DNA from: a virus
DNA length: 56,946 nucleotides
IMG/VR virus record: IMGVR_UViG_3300024990_000004
Direction: 5' to 3' (one strand)
Shown here piece after piece: positions 25,174 to 35,101 of the stretch. The notes beneath the pieces were generated by a model. It was not told the origin of the DNA. It saw only the letters and a program-made list of their open reading frames with translations, and ran no database searches. Position 1 is the first letter of the stretch; each line of letters starts with the position of its first letter. A program made the position numbers and the translations under genes.

Positions 25174-25755
25174 TCACGAGCGGCGTTTGTTCTGCTTGAT
25201 GAGACTGACCATCGCGGTGGAGATGCCGAACTCCGATGCGATGGCGACGCCCTTTTCACCGTGGGCGAGGCGATTTCTGATGCTGGCCACCTGCTCATCA
25301 GACAAGGTGGCTGCCGCTTTGTTGCGCTGAGCCAGATCAGGCCGGGCTTTCCCGGTTATGGCGGCGGAGAGCTTAGCTCGCGTTTCTTGCGAGAATTGCC
25401 GCCCTCTGAGTTTGGCGGAGACTCTTGCCCGTTTTTCGGGGGTTGGCAGGACACCAGTCGCACCTTGTCCACCATCGGCCTTGTTGAACAAAGGCGCGCG
25501 CTGATTTCGGAAATGCGCGATCCAGCGCCGCTCGCCGTCGATCCCGTCTGAAGGCACTCTTTCAAGGATGACGACGGAAGGATTCAGTCCGGCGACCATT
25601 AATTCATCGAACCATGTGGCAAGACCCGGTATCCGGGCTTTGGCATGGCATCTGTGCTCGTTAAGCCGGACAAACGCCGATCTGCTGGTGATGCCGATGT
25701 ATCGGGGAAGTGCCGTTCTCGGATCGACAAGGGCGTAAACGGTAAAGCGCTTCAT
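25174..25755 (-). CDS. free-standing GIY-YIG homing endonuclease (NUMOD3 repeats plus a C-terminal HTH)
   Basis: VYALVDP...RYIGIT..R..EH, ERRWIAHF, LFNKADGG. Two (E/K)xRAKxSA NUMOD3-like motifs. HTH GVAIASEFGISTAMVSLI. Confidence 0.85.
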   Translation of the reverse strand: MKRFTVYALVDPRTALPRYIGITSRSAFVRLNEHRCHAKARIPGLATWFDELMVAGLNPSVVILERVPSDGIDGERRWIAHFRNQRAPLFNKADGGQGATGVLPTPEKRARVSAKLRGRQFSQETRAKLSAAITGKARPDLAQRNKAAATLSDEQVASIRNRLAHGEKGVAIASEFGISTAMVSLIKQNKRRS

Positions 25756-25762
25756 GTCGAAA

Positions 25763-25790
25763 GTTTACACCATGTTGGCAAGGTGTAAAC
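25763..25790 (-). promoter_or_regulatory. perfect 9-bp inverted repeat just upstream of the HEG start
   Basis: GTTTACACC-atgttggcaa-GGTGTAAAC, located 8 to 35 nt upstream of ATG 25755. Confidence 0.5.
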
Positions 25791-25866
25791 ACAATCCATG
25801 TCGCAGGATTGGAGCGAAGGCCCGGATTGACGGCCCGGGCGGGCCGAAGACAGGCTTGAGGTGCTG

Positions 25867-26133
25867 TCAGACCGTCAGGTGCTTGCTCGGAACATTGAGC
25901 TTCTCAAAAGGCGCGAGCACGGCGGTGACCTTGCTCACGAACTGGTCGACGGTGTCGCGGGGAGAATTGGCCCGCACCACCTTCTTCACGCGACCATTGC
26001 CCCACTCGGCGCGTACCGACATTGGAGTGGAGGGGTTAGCATCGTCATTGGTGTGGAAGGTCGCGGACGGAAACCTGCGCTCCAGTTCCGCCCGCGCTTT
26101 ACCGAGCTGCTCAGTACGGGACAGCTCTTCCAT
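25867..26133 (-). CDS. hypothetical protein (88 aa)
   Basis: Tracked ORF, coupled to the scaffold-like gene. Confidence 0.55.
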   Translation of the reverse strand: MEELSRTEQLGKARAELERRFPSATFHTNDDANPSTPMSVRAEWGNGRVKKVVRANSPRDTVDQFVSKVTAVLAPFEKLNVPSKHLTV

Positions 26134-27215
26134 TACGCCCCCAGCAGGGCGCGGCCCTCGGGGGTCTGGATAGCCTTGTCGAACTCGGCCTCAGACATTT
26201 CCAGGAGCCGCTGGGCCGTCAGGGGCGACGGGCTGTTGCCGCGGGCGCCGCTGAGGGACTGCGACTGCTCGCGTCCGCCGCGCATGCCTTCCAGCTTCTG
26301 CTGGGAAACCTGGCGCTGCTCGCCCTGATCCTGGCCCTGGTCGTCGTCGTCACTGGCAGCATTCTTGTAACCGCGCTTCTTGGCGATGTTGTAGACCACC
26401 TCGGCCGGGTTCTTCTTCGACTGCATGCACTGGTTGGCGATGGTCAGGCGCTCGGTGTTGATGATCTGCTGGATCTGGCCGTCGGAATAGCCCAGGTCGG
26501 CCAGTTCGTCCGTCCGCGATTTTATCAGGTAGGCGGACGCGGCGTCATAGTCCGGCGTCTTGGCCTTGAAGCCCTTCTCCTGCTCGATGGCGTAGCCGAG
26601 GATGCCGTTTATCGTCTCGGCCTGCTTTCTCTGCTCCGCGGTCTGGGTTTCGGCCTGCTGCTTCTGCGCCTTCTGCTCGTTGATATAGGACAGGACCTCT
26701 TCCAGGGTCTTGCCGGTCTTCTTCATGACCCCCTGAATGTGACCAGCGGGATCGGCATCGAAATCGGGGACGGGCTCCTCTTTCGGCGCTTCTTCCTTGG
26801 GGGCGAAGGCTTTTAGGGCACGTTCGAAGCGGTCCATGGCCGTGGCCATGCGCTGTTCGTGTTCCTGCTGCTGGCGGGCCAGCTCGGCCTTCAATTCGCG
26901 GTTGGTGGCGCGCGACTCATGCAGGGCCTGGAGAGGCACCAGCTTGTTGGCGGCGCCGGCATCGCCTTCGGCATCGCCTTCGTCGCCTTCCGCATCGTCC
27001 TGACCTTCATCGGCCTGGGCCTGCTGCTGGGCTGCCTTCGGGGCTTTCTTCGGTGTCTTCTTCGGAGCCGGAGGCGGTGCGCCGCCCTCATCGTTGACGC
27101 CAGCGCCCTGGTCGTCGTTCTCCATCTGCTTGAGGAGCGCCTGTTCGTCTGCGCTCAGGGTATCCTGGTCGGTGATGTTGATGTCGTCGCCCATGTGGTG
27201 GGGTTTGCTCTCCAT
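26133..27215 (-). CDS. scaffolding-like protein (acidic, coiled-coil)
   Basis: Lies between portal and capsid. Long Glu/Gln/Lys/Ala helical stretches and acidic tracts. Confidence 0.55.
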   Translation of the reverse strand: MESKPHHMGDDINITDQDTLSADEQALLKQMENDDQGAGVNDEGGAPPPAPKKTPKKAPKAAQQQAQADEGQDDAEGDEGDAEGDAGAANKLVPLQALHESRATNRELKAELARQQQEHEQRMATAMDRFERALKAFAPKEEAPKEEPVPDFDADPAGHIQGVMKKTGKTLEEVLSYINEQKAQKQQAETQTAEQRKQAETINGILGYAIEQEKGFKAKTPDYDAASAYLIKSRTDELADLGYSDGQIQQIINTERLTIANQCMQSKKNPAEVVYNIAKKRGYKNAASDDDDQGQDQGEQRQVSQQKLEGMRGGREQSQSLSGARGNSPSPLTAQRLLEMSEAEFDKAIQTPEGRALLGA

Positions 27216-27286
27216 CCGGGATACGGCCCGGGCCGATGCGTGACACGCTCACGCGGCGATGCGCCGGAACGCCCGGCGCGGCGATG

Positions 27287-27664
27287 TCAGTCTTCGTCCA
27301 CCGTTTCGGAGGTGGGACCGGCAATACTGTTCAGGTGTTCGTCTTCCGCCCTGGCCTTCTTCATGGCCTTGGTGTCGATCGCCAGGTCGGTGATCTGCAG
27401 GCGGACTTCGCTGCGATCCGGGCCGCGCTGGCGCTGTTCTTCGGTGGTGCCCACCACCTCGACCTTGGCGGTGATTTCCAGCACCTGGTTGGTCTTGAAG
27501 TCCGAGGGCTTCACGCCGAGCTTGTCCAGGACCTCGTTGCCGAGTGTGATCTTGGTGTCCCAGGGGTACTTCGGCAGGTTTTCATCTTTGCCGACCTGCT
27601 CGGGATAGCCAATTTCGGACTTGGCTTCCTTCTTAGACAGCTTGAGGCTGACCATTTTGGCCAT
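27287..27664 (-). CDS. head-morphogenesis module protein (125 aa)
   Basis: Tracked ORF directly downstream of the portal gene. Confidence 0.55.
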   Translation of the reverse strand: MAKMVSLKLSKKEAKSEIGYPEQVGKDENLPKYPWDTKITLGNEVLDKLGVKPSDFKTNQVLEITAKVEVVGTTEEQRQRGPDRSEVRLQITDLAIDTKAMKKARAEDEHLNSIAGPTSETVDED

Positions 27665-27674
27665 GGCGGGTCTC

Positions 27675-29822
27675 CTATGCAGCGGCTTGGGCTGCGGGGT
27701 CAGTGTTGGCGGGCTGGCGCAGCGTACGGATGCGGTCGAGGATTTCGACCATGCCCAGCAGCTGATCGAGCGGGATGCCCTGCTTCTCGGCTTCGGCCTT
27801 GGCCAGGTTCAGGATCGCCTGCGACCGCTTCAGTTCGACATCGGCGTGCGTGTCGAGGGCATCGGCCTGGGCCTGGGCGGCTTCCACCGTGGTCTTCAGG
27901 TTTTCGGCGCGGGCGCGCATCGTGTCGATGGTGTTCTGGCTGGCCACGTCCTGCGCCTGCGCTTCCAGCAGCTTGGCCTTGCCCTGCGCCTCCATGACCC
28001 GGGCCTGCGCTGTGATGACCTGCGGGCTTGGCGGTGGCGGTGGCTGGTTCTGCATCGCCTTTTCGACGTTGGACACCACACTGGCGGGCAGCGGCGAGTA
28101 TTTCATCAGCTCCATCAGCGCCGCCGGCGGCAGACCTGCTCCCTTCAGGAAGGGGAACAGCTGCGTGAGCGTCATCCAGATTTGCTCTTTCATGTTCGGG
28201 CTGGTGGGCGCCTCGTCCACGATGACGTCGTATTCCAGCGTGTCTGGCATCTTCACCAGCGGGACATACTGGACATTTTCCGGACCGCCGATGCGGATCA
28301 GACGGCCGTCGCTCAGGAACTTGGTGATGAAGAACAGCATCAGCTTGCCCTGCTCCTTACGGTAGCGGCGCAGCGAGTTGAAGATGTCCTGCAGCACGGT
28401 CATTCCGGCCTGCTTGCGCATGTGCTCGACGATGCCCGGCTGGTCCTGGGCAACCTGGCCCAGCAGTTCCAGATTGACGCCGGCGCAATCGCGGATCGAC
28501 GAGATGGCCAGGGTGAGCAGCTTGTCCAGGCCGGGCGGGATCTGGTTCACCGGCCGATCCATGATCTTCTTTTCTTTCACCGCGCCGGCGGCTGCCTTGA
28601 CGATGCTGTCCGGGCTGGCCCAGTCCTCCAGGGCCTGGTCCCAGTCGTCGAACGCATCCTCTTCTGCGATGATACCGCCCTTGGCGCCGGTATTCAGGAT
28701 ATGCAGGGACTGCGACAGCCACTTATTGGCCCAGCGCTGCGGGTCCATCATGGCCGAGACGATGCCATACCAGGTGTTCTTGTTGCGGTCGCGCTTGGCG
28801 GTCATCGCCTTGTAGCAGAAACCGCCCTTTTCTGGGCCTTTCCACTTGCGCAGCACCTTCGAGCCCACCAGGGCACGCCAGTAAACCTTGCGGCGCATGG
28901 GCACGCCGTCCAGATCGCCCCAGCCCAGGCGGCTCACCCGGTCCGCCAGGATACGATAATCCTTCCGCGAGACAGTGATCAGCTGATGGGTGAAAGGGTC
29001 GATGGTGCGGACGCAGTGCTCATAGTCCCACCACTCGAACTCGACGACACGCACCGTCTTGCGCTCGGTGTCGATCTTGTCGGACTGGTCGTTGCGATAG
29101 AACGGGGCGGCCTGTGCATCATGGGGCGATGACGCCGCCCCAGTGTCTTCCGCCCATTTCGCGTCGAGTTCCTCAGCCGTCGCGCCCGGAATCAGGTCCA
29201 TCGCGTCATCGGTCGGCATGTCCTTGACGCGGCAGTGATAGCGGCGGTCCTGCAGGTTTTTTCGGCGCGCGCTGGGGTCCCAGAACATTTCCATGGGATC
29301 GACACGCGGCGTTTCCAGCATTCCGTCCTGGTCATCGTCATAGTCCAGCCGGGTTTCGGTCCAGCCCATGCCGCAGATCACCAGGTCACGGAAGGCATCG
29401 GACTCCTCATCGTCCGAATAGGCCTCTTCGCGGAAGAAGTGCGCCGCCGAGGTCAGCAGGTCGTTGACGCCCTGCTTGCCCACCTGGCGGGGGATGTAAT
29501 TGATATTCTGCCGGTTGCCCGCTTCCAGGCCGGCAATGGTGTCCACCATGGGGCCGACACGATTGAAGGTGATGACGGGGCGCAGCTGGTCCTTCAGCGT
29601 GGCCACATCCGTGTCAGACCACTGGCGCCCTGGCACGAAGTCATAATTCGTGCGCGATTCCTGCCGCCAGTCATGGCTGAAATCCCGCGCGTGCCGGTAC
29701 CAGCCCACCAGTCGCTTGAAGTCGGACTGGTCGGCCTGATCCCGGGACTGCCCCTGCAGTTCGTCATCGCCGGTGACGGCCTGCTCGTCGCTGACCCCGG
29801 TCAAGTCCTGATCGTCACCCAT
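27675..29822 (-). CDS. portal protein
   Basis: 715 aa. [34 protein letters not shown] matches portal N-terminal motifs. Position between TerL and the scaffold. Confidence 0.8.
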   Translation of the reverse strand: MGDDQDLTGVSDEQAVTGDDELQGQSRDQADQSDFKRLVGWYRHARDFSHDWRQESRTNYDFVPGRQWSDTDVATLKDQLRPVITFNRVGPMVDTIAGLEAGNRQNINYIPRQVGKQGVNDLLTSAAHFFREEAYSDDEESDAFRDLVICGMGWTETRLDYDDDQDGMLETPRVDPMEMFWDPSARRKNLQDRRYHCRVKDMPTDDAMDLIPGATAEELDAKWAEDTGAASSPHDAQAAPFYRNDQSDKIDTERKTVRVVEFEWWDYEHCVRTIDPFTHQLITVSRKDYRILADRVSRLGWGDLDGVPMRRKVYWRALVGSKVLRKWKGPEKGGFCYKAMTAKRDRNKNTWYGIVSAMMDPQRWANKWLSQSLHILNTGAKGGIIAEEDAFDDWDQALEDWASPDSIVKAAAGAVKEKKIMDRPVNQIPPGLDKLLTLAISSIRDCAGVNLELLGQVAQDQPGIVEHMRKQAGMTVLQDIFNSLRRYRKEQGKLMLFFITKFLSDGRLIRIGGPENVQYVPLVKMPDTLEYDVIVDEAPTSPNMKEQIWMTLTQLFPFLKGAGLPPAALMELMKYSPLPASVVSNVEKAMQNQPPPPPSPQVITAQARVMEAQGKAKLLEAQAQDVASQNTIDTMRARAENLKTTVEAAQAQADALDTHADVELKRSQAILNLAKAEAEKQGIPLDQLLGMVEILDRIRTLRQPANTDPAAQAAA

Positions 29823-29825
29823 CGG

Positions 29826-30149
29826 CTAGGCCTGTGCGCGTTGAATGAGCGGCTGAGAACCGCGAGCGGCAATGGATGCCAGGATTTGCAGGGCGTGGTC
29901 GACGCAGGCCTCCACATTTCCCATCAGCGGCTTGGCCTCGAGCAGGTTGAAGCGCATGGCACCCTGCCACTCCACGCCGTCACGCGCACCCTTGAACCAG
30001 ATGGTCAGCTTGCCATCGATCTTGCTTTCGACCTTCCAGACCGGGCAGCCATGCATGGTAGCGTCGTGCTGTTTCAGGCCCTGCAGGACGTCGGTCTCGA
30101 AATCACGGTGGATCTCGCCCGCCGCCAGCGGCGTGGAACGCAACGCCAC
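29826..30149 (-). CDS. hypothetical protein (107 aa)
   Basis: Tracked ORF. Confidence 0.55.
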   Translation of the reverse strand: MALRSTPLAAGEIHRDFETDVLQGLKQHDATMHGCPVWKVESKIDGKLTIWFKGARDGVEWQGAMRFNLLEAKPLMGNVEACVDHALQILASIAARGSQPLIQRAQA

Positions 30150-30553
30150 TATTTGCGCTCACTGGAAGGGCTCGCAGAACTGCCCCAGCGGCCACGCAGG
30201 CCTGTGCCGGTCACGAACTGGCGCGGGCCTTCCTTCTTGGGGACTGCCAACAGGTTCGAGAACACCGTCTCGCGCCTGACCACCTTCAGTTGCTCTGCAA
30301 TCTCGTCGATCTCATTCAGCAGGTGACTGTGTTCGAACTCGGCCGGCAGATCGAAGAAGCTTCTGGGGTCAATCAAGCCTTCGCGGCCAATGCGGTCCTT
30401 CAGAATGAGCCAGACGCCAACCGCGATATATGGCGGCGTGGCATTCGGGTGGTTCTCGACCTTAAGGTCCGCGATCTCGGTCTTGCCCGGCTCATGCAGG
30501 CGCTTGAAGATCGCGTTCTCGATGGTCGCCTTGTCGTCGAAGGTCAGCATCAC
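30149..30553 (-). CDS. hypothetical protein (134 aa)
   Basis: Tracked ORF, coupled to its neighbours. Confidence 0.55.
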   Translation of the reverse strand: MMLTFDDKATIENAIFKRLHEPGKTEIADLKVENHPNATPPYIAVGVWLILKDRIGREGLIDPRSFFDLPAEFEHSHLLNEIDEIAEQLKVVRRETVFSNLLAVPKKEGPRQFVTGTGLRGRWGSSASPSSERK

Positions 30554-30846
30554 GATCCTCTCGCCCAGGCGGCTTTTGCGCCCTGATCACCGTCCAAAAG
30601 CCAACGGCTGAGCACCTGGCGGCGTGGATAGCTGGTCACGTTCATCGCCACATATTTGATGCTGCGGAACCAGGCTATGGCATTTGCGTCCGCTTCTTTG
30701 GCTCCGTTCTCGCTGCAAGCCACCTGGAAGCTGCACGTCTCGCCGCCGAAATCAAAGCTGGCCTGGGCCCCTGCATACTTCACCACAAGGAAAGGCCGCT
30801 GCGCTGCAAACCAGGCTTCGAAGTCGGTTGCGGTCCATACCGTCAT
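30550..30846 (-). CDS. hypothetical protein (98 aa)
   Basis: Tracked ORF with an ATGA overlap. Confidence 0.55.
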   Translation of the reverse strand: MTVWTATDFEAWFAAQRPFLVVKYAGAQASFDFGGETCSFQVACSENGAKEADANAIAWFRSIKYVAMNVTSYPRRQVLSRWLLDGDQGAKAAWARGS

Positions 30847-30855
30847 GCCACAACC

Positions 30856-33363
30856 TCAACTGGCCCAAGCGGATGGCGCCCGTTGTCGGCGGCGCTTTCG
30901 CAGCGCATAGCGCGAGCTTTCGTCTTCCACGTCCGGCTTCGGCCACTTCACGTCGAGAGCGGGATCTTCGATGCGGGCCAGCATGTCAAAGAAGTCTTCG
31001 TGCATGGCGACGGGGAACGCCTTGTATTCCTCGTCGACGAACATCTGCACGATGTCGATCTGCCGGTCTTCATAGTCCGTTTTTACCAGGACTTCCGGGA
31101 GCCAGAAGCGTCCGGCCTCGAAGAGGGGTACCAGCTTGCGGATGCGGTCATGCTTGGCCAGGCCGCCGCCCAGGGGCGTGATCTCGAAGCGATATTCCTC
31201 TTCGGTCATCTGGGTTTCGAAATGCTGCAGGTCCGACTGCAAGCCGTATTGCTCGTATCCGACACCCTTGGGCCGCCACCGGCGATGCAGCTGGGAAAGG
31301 GCCTGCCACCGTTCCGTCAGGCTGAGGCGGTCGCGGATACCGTCCAGAAGGTAATAGTTCTGGTCGGGGCCCAGCCCGATCACGCCCATGGCGGTGAAGT
31401 CGCTGTCCTTCTTCTTGGCGTTGGCCGGATCGCACAGCAGATATTTGACCATGCGGTCGCCGCTGATGCGGCCAGAATAGTAGCGCAGCCACTCTTCCTT
31501 GAAGCCGGCCTTCTTGTCGGCGGTGGGGTCTTGGAGCATCTGCGAGCTGAAGGTGTAGATGCCCTGGTCACGCCGCTTCTTGGCCAGCACGTCCGCCGGC
31601 ATCAAGACGGGCGTGCCTGGGAAGGTTCCCTCCACCGTGCAGGTGTGAATGCGGGGTTTGACCGAGCCGCGCGCCATCATTTCACGATACGGATCGGCAT
31701 AGTGATAGCGGGTGCCGATGTAGCGTTCCCACCCGCCGACCTTGCCCAAGTTCAGGCTCAATTCCCAGGCGCCGGTGGTGCGCCGGATGGCATCGGGGTT
31801 GCGCACCGAGTCCTGGTCGATCACGTCGTCATAGACGCGGCCCATGAAGTGCTTGCCGGTAGGCATGCCTTCGACCAGTCCCCAGCATTCGAGCGTGGCT
31901 TCCTTGGGGTTGCCGGTGCGCTTGACGATCAAGCCTTCGTTCTCAGACCATTTCGGCGCCTGCTTCTTCGGCTCCATCCACAGGATGTCGCTGAACAGCC
32001 GCTTCAGGTCGTCGTTGTTCTCGAACTCAGCCTTGATCGGGCGCAAGAAGCCTTTGGCGGCTGCCCGGGTGTGGCTGAAGATGCCGATCGTCACCTCGGG
32101 ATCGATCAGGATGTCCTGGATCGTCTTGGCGAAGGTGATAATCGTGCTGTTGTGTGTCGTCACCATTTGGCGGCCGGCCAGATAGAGGCCATCCGCTCGT
32201 TCAACCTGAATGCAAGACATGGCTCGGCGGCCAATGGCTTTGCAGCTGATGATGAAACGCTTGGCGTTACGGCTGCCCGGCTTCGCTCTTTCTGCTTTGC
32301 GCCGAATGTGGAATGGATTCTGAGCCTGGTAAGCCTGGAATGACACCTGCCAGAACGTTCCGTGCGACGCGCGATATTCCCGTTTGACGGGCTTCATTCC
32401 GAGACTGGTGGCCAGATCGAAGACCAAGGTGGCAAGGACGCCGGTCTTGTTGGTGAAGGTGGCTGTTCCCCGAGTGTTGCAATGGCCATCTGTGTCCATC
32501 AGGCCGCGCAACAAGGCCAACCGCTGCTGCTCGCTGCCCCGCAGATAGTCCATCGGAAGCGCTGTTGCTTTGCTTCCGATCAGACCAAGCCCCCGGAGCA
32601 GAGGACTCAGCCCGTAGACCGTGCGCCGCAACCTATTCGCTGGCCCGATCTTAAACCCCTCGGACTGGATACCTTCTGCGATGTCGGCATCGCCAAAAGT
32701 AATTGAACCATCCGCGCTCGTCCCGTCTCCAAGCCAGCAACCGAGTGTGTATGGGCCGATTGGAAGAATGGCCTCCGGCATATCCAGCGGAGCATTGACC
32801 GGGATGGCAAGGCGCTTGTCAGGCCGGTGCGATATGGCAGCGATTTCCTCGGTTGCGATGACCTTTGGTTCACGATAAGCGCGGCCGCCAGTAATCCTGC
32901 GCCTGGAACGCGCCTCGACCTGCCACAGGTGATCGCGGCTTGCCTCCATCCTGGAGCCGTCATCGAAAACCAACTCGAACGCCGGTGCCTCATCAAAGAC
33001 CTTGGAGACGGCAACCACACGGGTTGGCTGGCCATCAGGGCCAAAGACCCAGTCATCAGGCTTCAGGTCGCCATGGCGAGCCCAGCCGGACGGTGTTGGT
33101 ACTGGCTCATCCAGCCGCAGGGCTTTGTAATGTTCGCGCGCCCACAGGTCCAAGTGCCCATTGGGCGAGGCCTGGACTTCGCAGCACCGCTCGAACAGCC
33201 AATCCCGGTTGATGTCCTTTCGCTTCAGCGGGAACAGCAGCAGATAGAACAGGTCCGCGCGGCAGAGTTTGCGCTGGGCCTCGATGAAATGGCTTTCGCC
33301 CTGCTCGCGGGCGCGGTCCAGAATGCGCCGATAGGCGCTCAGCCGCTCAAGGCGTGGGTTCAC
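30856..33363 (-). CDS. terL: terminase large subunit interrupted by an intein (835-aa precursor, 510-aa exteins)
   Basis: P-loop LDLWAREHYK|..intein..|STIITFAKT. The C-terminal half has terminase nuclease-type motifs (LLCDPA.., AMGVIG). Confidence 0.85.
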   Translation of the reverse strand: MNPRLERLSAYRRILDRAREQGESHFIEAQRKLCRADLFYLLLFPLKRKDINRDWLFERCCEVQASPNGHLDLWAREHYKALRLDEPVPTPSGWARHGDLKPDDWVFGPDGQPTRVVAVSKVFDEAPAFELVFDDGSRMEASRDHLWQVEARSRRRITGGRAYREPKVIATEEIAAISHRPDKRLAIPVNAPLDMPEAILPIGPYTLGCWLGDGTSADGSITFGDADIAEGIQSEGFKIGPANRLRRTVYGLSPLLRGLGLIGSKATALPMDYLRGSEQQRLALLRGLMDTDGHCNTRGTATFTNKTGVLATLVFDLATSLGMKPVKREYRASHGTFWQVSFQAYQAQNPFHIRRKAERAKPGSRNAKRFIISCKAIGRRAMSCIQVERADGLYLAGRQMVTTHNSTIITFAKTIQDILIDPEVTIGIFSHTRAAAKGFLRPIKAEFENNDDLKRLFSDILWMEPKKQAPKWSENEGLIVKRTGNPKEATLECWGLVEGMPTGKHFMGRVYDDVIDQDSVRNPDAIRRTTGAWELSLNLGKVGGWERYIGTRYHYADPYREMMARGSVKPRIHTCTVEGTFPGTPVLMPADVLAKKRRDQGIYTFSSQMLQDPTADKKAGFKEEWLRYYSGRISGDRMVKYLLCDPANAKKKDSDFTAMGVIGLGPDQNYYLLDGIRDRLSLTERWQALSQLHRRWRPKGVGYEQYGLQSDLQHFETQMTEEEYRFEITPLGGGLAKHDRIRKLVPLFEAGRFWLPEVLVKTDYEDRQIDIVQMFVDEEYKAFPVAMHEDFFDMLARIEDPALDVKWPKPDVEDESSRYALRKRRRQRAPSAWAS
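32149..33123 (-). mobile_element. intein (325 aa) with LAGLIDADG homing-endonuclease domain; class-3-like (Ala1, W-C-T)
   Basis: Starts ALRLDEPV and ends VTTHN|S. Block B is SRDHLW and block F is AMSCIQVE. LAGLIDADG motifs LGCWLGDGT and LLRGLMDTDG. Confidence 0.8.
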
Positions 33364-33689
33364 TCGGACGCAAACTTGCGCGCCTGTTCATTGCGCTTCT
33401 TTCCGGGTTTGTTGGCCTTGGGCACTAGATGCGGCCTCACATTGCCGTCCTTCGCCGTTGCCTTGGGGTTTTCGTCCGCAACGGGTACCGGCGCGGGTTG
33501 CGAAGCCTTGTGGAAAGTCTCGACATGTCCGAGCAATTCGTCATGCGCGCCCGCGACCTGTTTGAGGGCTTCGTGGAAGGTGTCGGCCACCAGGCGCTTG
33601 CGACCGGCGCGGCCGATGCTGGAAACCTCGATCTGGGAGACGTACTTGCCGTTCACCCGCTCGATCTCGACCTTGGAATTGTGCTGCAT
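33360..33689 (-). CDS. hypothetical protein (109 aa)
   Basis: Tracked ORF; ATGA overlap with terL. Confidence 0.55.
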   Translation of the reverse strand: MQHNSKVEIERVNGKYVSQIEVSSIGRAGRKRLVADTFHEALKQVAGAHDELLGHVETFHKASQPAPVPVADENPKATAKDGNVRPHLVPKANKPGKKRNEQARKFASE

Positions 33690-33774
33690 CAGAAACCTTT
33701 ATCGTCAGGCTGGCCGATGTCGTCGGCCGCGGTGGCGCTGATCAGCGCCAGAACAAATTGCCAGAACCGGCGCA

Positions 33775-33999
33775 TTAGCCTTTCCAGCTGCGGGTCTTGC
33801 CAGTGCGCTGCTTGGCGCCATGGCCGAGCTTGGCCCGCGCCTTGGCCTTGATCGTGTCCTCTTCGGACTCGCTGATGTTGCCCGCGTTGAAGGAGCGGGT
33901 GGCGCCGCCGATGGCCAGGCGGGCATGCTTGTCATCCCCGATGGGGAAGGACTTGCCGGGACCGGCGAACGGACCAGGGCGGCTGCGCTTCTTGGCCAT
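33775..33999 (-). CDS. small basic protein (74 aa)
   Basis: Tracked ORF. Confidence 0.5.
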   Translation of the reverse strand: MAKKRSRPGPFAGPGKSFPIGDDKHARLAIGGATRSFNAGNISESEEDTIKAKARAKLGHGAKQRTGKTRSWKG

Positions 34000-34009
34000 G
34001 TCGATTGCC

Positions 34010-34438
34010 TCAGTCCCAGTTTGCCTTCCGCATGCGCATGGCGGGCGACCATGTCAGCAGCCCGTAATCGCAGCAGACGATACGGCCTTCGAACATCCCG
34101 AAGTTTGATAATTTCAAATCACTCAGGAACGACGGCACGCGTTCTGGCAGCTGGCCCTTCTGCAGCGGCTCGACCCGCTTCTGCAACAGCACCCGGCCAT
34201 AACCGGATAGCGCCACGCAAGGGGCGAGCCACTTTGCGCACGGTTCCTTGCAGTAGCTCTCCCAGAACTCGTACTCGCCAACATTGGCGAAGCTGTCCGT
34301 CTTTGCCTCGACCTTCACCACCAGGGTGGGATCAACCCGGCAGGCGAAGACCTTCCGATAGCACCCCTCCCCCAGCATTGTGCCGCACAGAAGATTGAAC
34401 GCCTCCTCGAAGGCGAACTGATTGTCGTCTATCGCCAT
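34010..34438 (-). CDS. minimal protein-kinase-like protein (142 aa)
   Basis: LGEGCYRKVF (Gly loop), VVKVE (Lys), EYEFWE, SDLKLSNFG (catalytic loop DxKxxN), CCDYG (DFG-like). Confidence 0.6.
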   Translation of the reverse strand: MAIDDNQFAFEEAFNLLCGTMLGEGCYRKVFACRVDPTLVVKVEAKTDSFANVGEYEFWESYCKEPCAKWLAPCVALSGYGRVLLQKRVEPLQKGQLPERVPSFLSDLKLSNFGMFEGRIVCCDYGLLTWSPAMRMRKANWD

Positions 34439-34442
34439 GGGT

Positions 34443-34937
34443 TCAATGCTTGGTGGCTGGCTGGCGTTTGCCGCTGCCGAGCTCTTCGCGGATCAGTTCG
34501 TCCACCTCGTCGATGACGGTGTGGTTGTGTGAGATCGGATCACCATCCTTGCCCGTGTGCTCGATGCGCTCGCTGAAGCCCAGGGCCTTCCCCTTGGTCT
34601 TGAGCAGGAAGCAGATCGCGCCCAGTTCGGGCCTGACCTCATCCCTGATCTTGTTGCCCTTCTCATCGAAGATGGCGGGCGCGCCCAGGGCCATCCGGCC
34701 CAGCTGGTTGACCGCGCCTGCGAGCAGCTTGGTTAGGCCATAGTCCAGTTCGGTGCGGAAATACTCCCGCAGAGTCTTCTCGTCGATCTGGATGTCGGGA
34801 TAGCCGGCGATCACCGTCTGGTTCATGCCGAGCGCGGCCAGGGCCTCGACGATGCCGCGCTGTTTGTCTGTGGGTTCGAAGCGGGGGCGCCCGCGTCCTC
34901 TTGGTTTGGCCACCGCCGCGGCCGTCTTTTTTGCCAT
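34443..34937 (-). CDS. terminase small subunit candidate (HTH protein)
   Basis: 164 aa from ATG 34937. Basic N-terminus plus HTH FEPTDKQRGIVEALAALGMNQTVIA. Lies upstream of the packaging genes. Confidence 0.45.
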   Translation of the reverse strand: MAKKTAAAVAKPRGRGRPRFEPTDKQRGIVEALAALGMNQTVIAGYPDIQIDEKTLREYFRTELDYGLTKLLAGAVNQLGRMALGAPAIFDEKGNKIRDEVRPELGAICFLLKTKGKALGFSERIEHTGKDGDPISHNHTVIDEVDELIREELGSGKRQPATKH

Positions 34938-35101
34938 AGTGCCTTTGCTCGAAAAGACCCCGGACGGTGCTTGGCCGCCCGGGGAAGTTGTTGAGGGAAC
35001 GCCCAAGAAGGCTGCGAAAGCCGAGGGGGGCTCGGCGCCGCAGGCAAAGGCCGCAAGGCCTGTGCTGGTGTGTTCCGACAGCGTGGCGGAACTGTTGAGG
35101 C

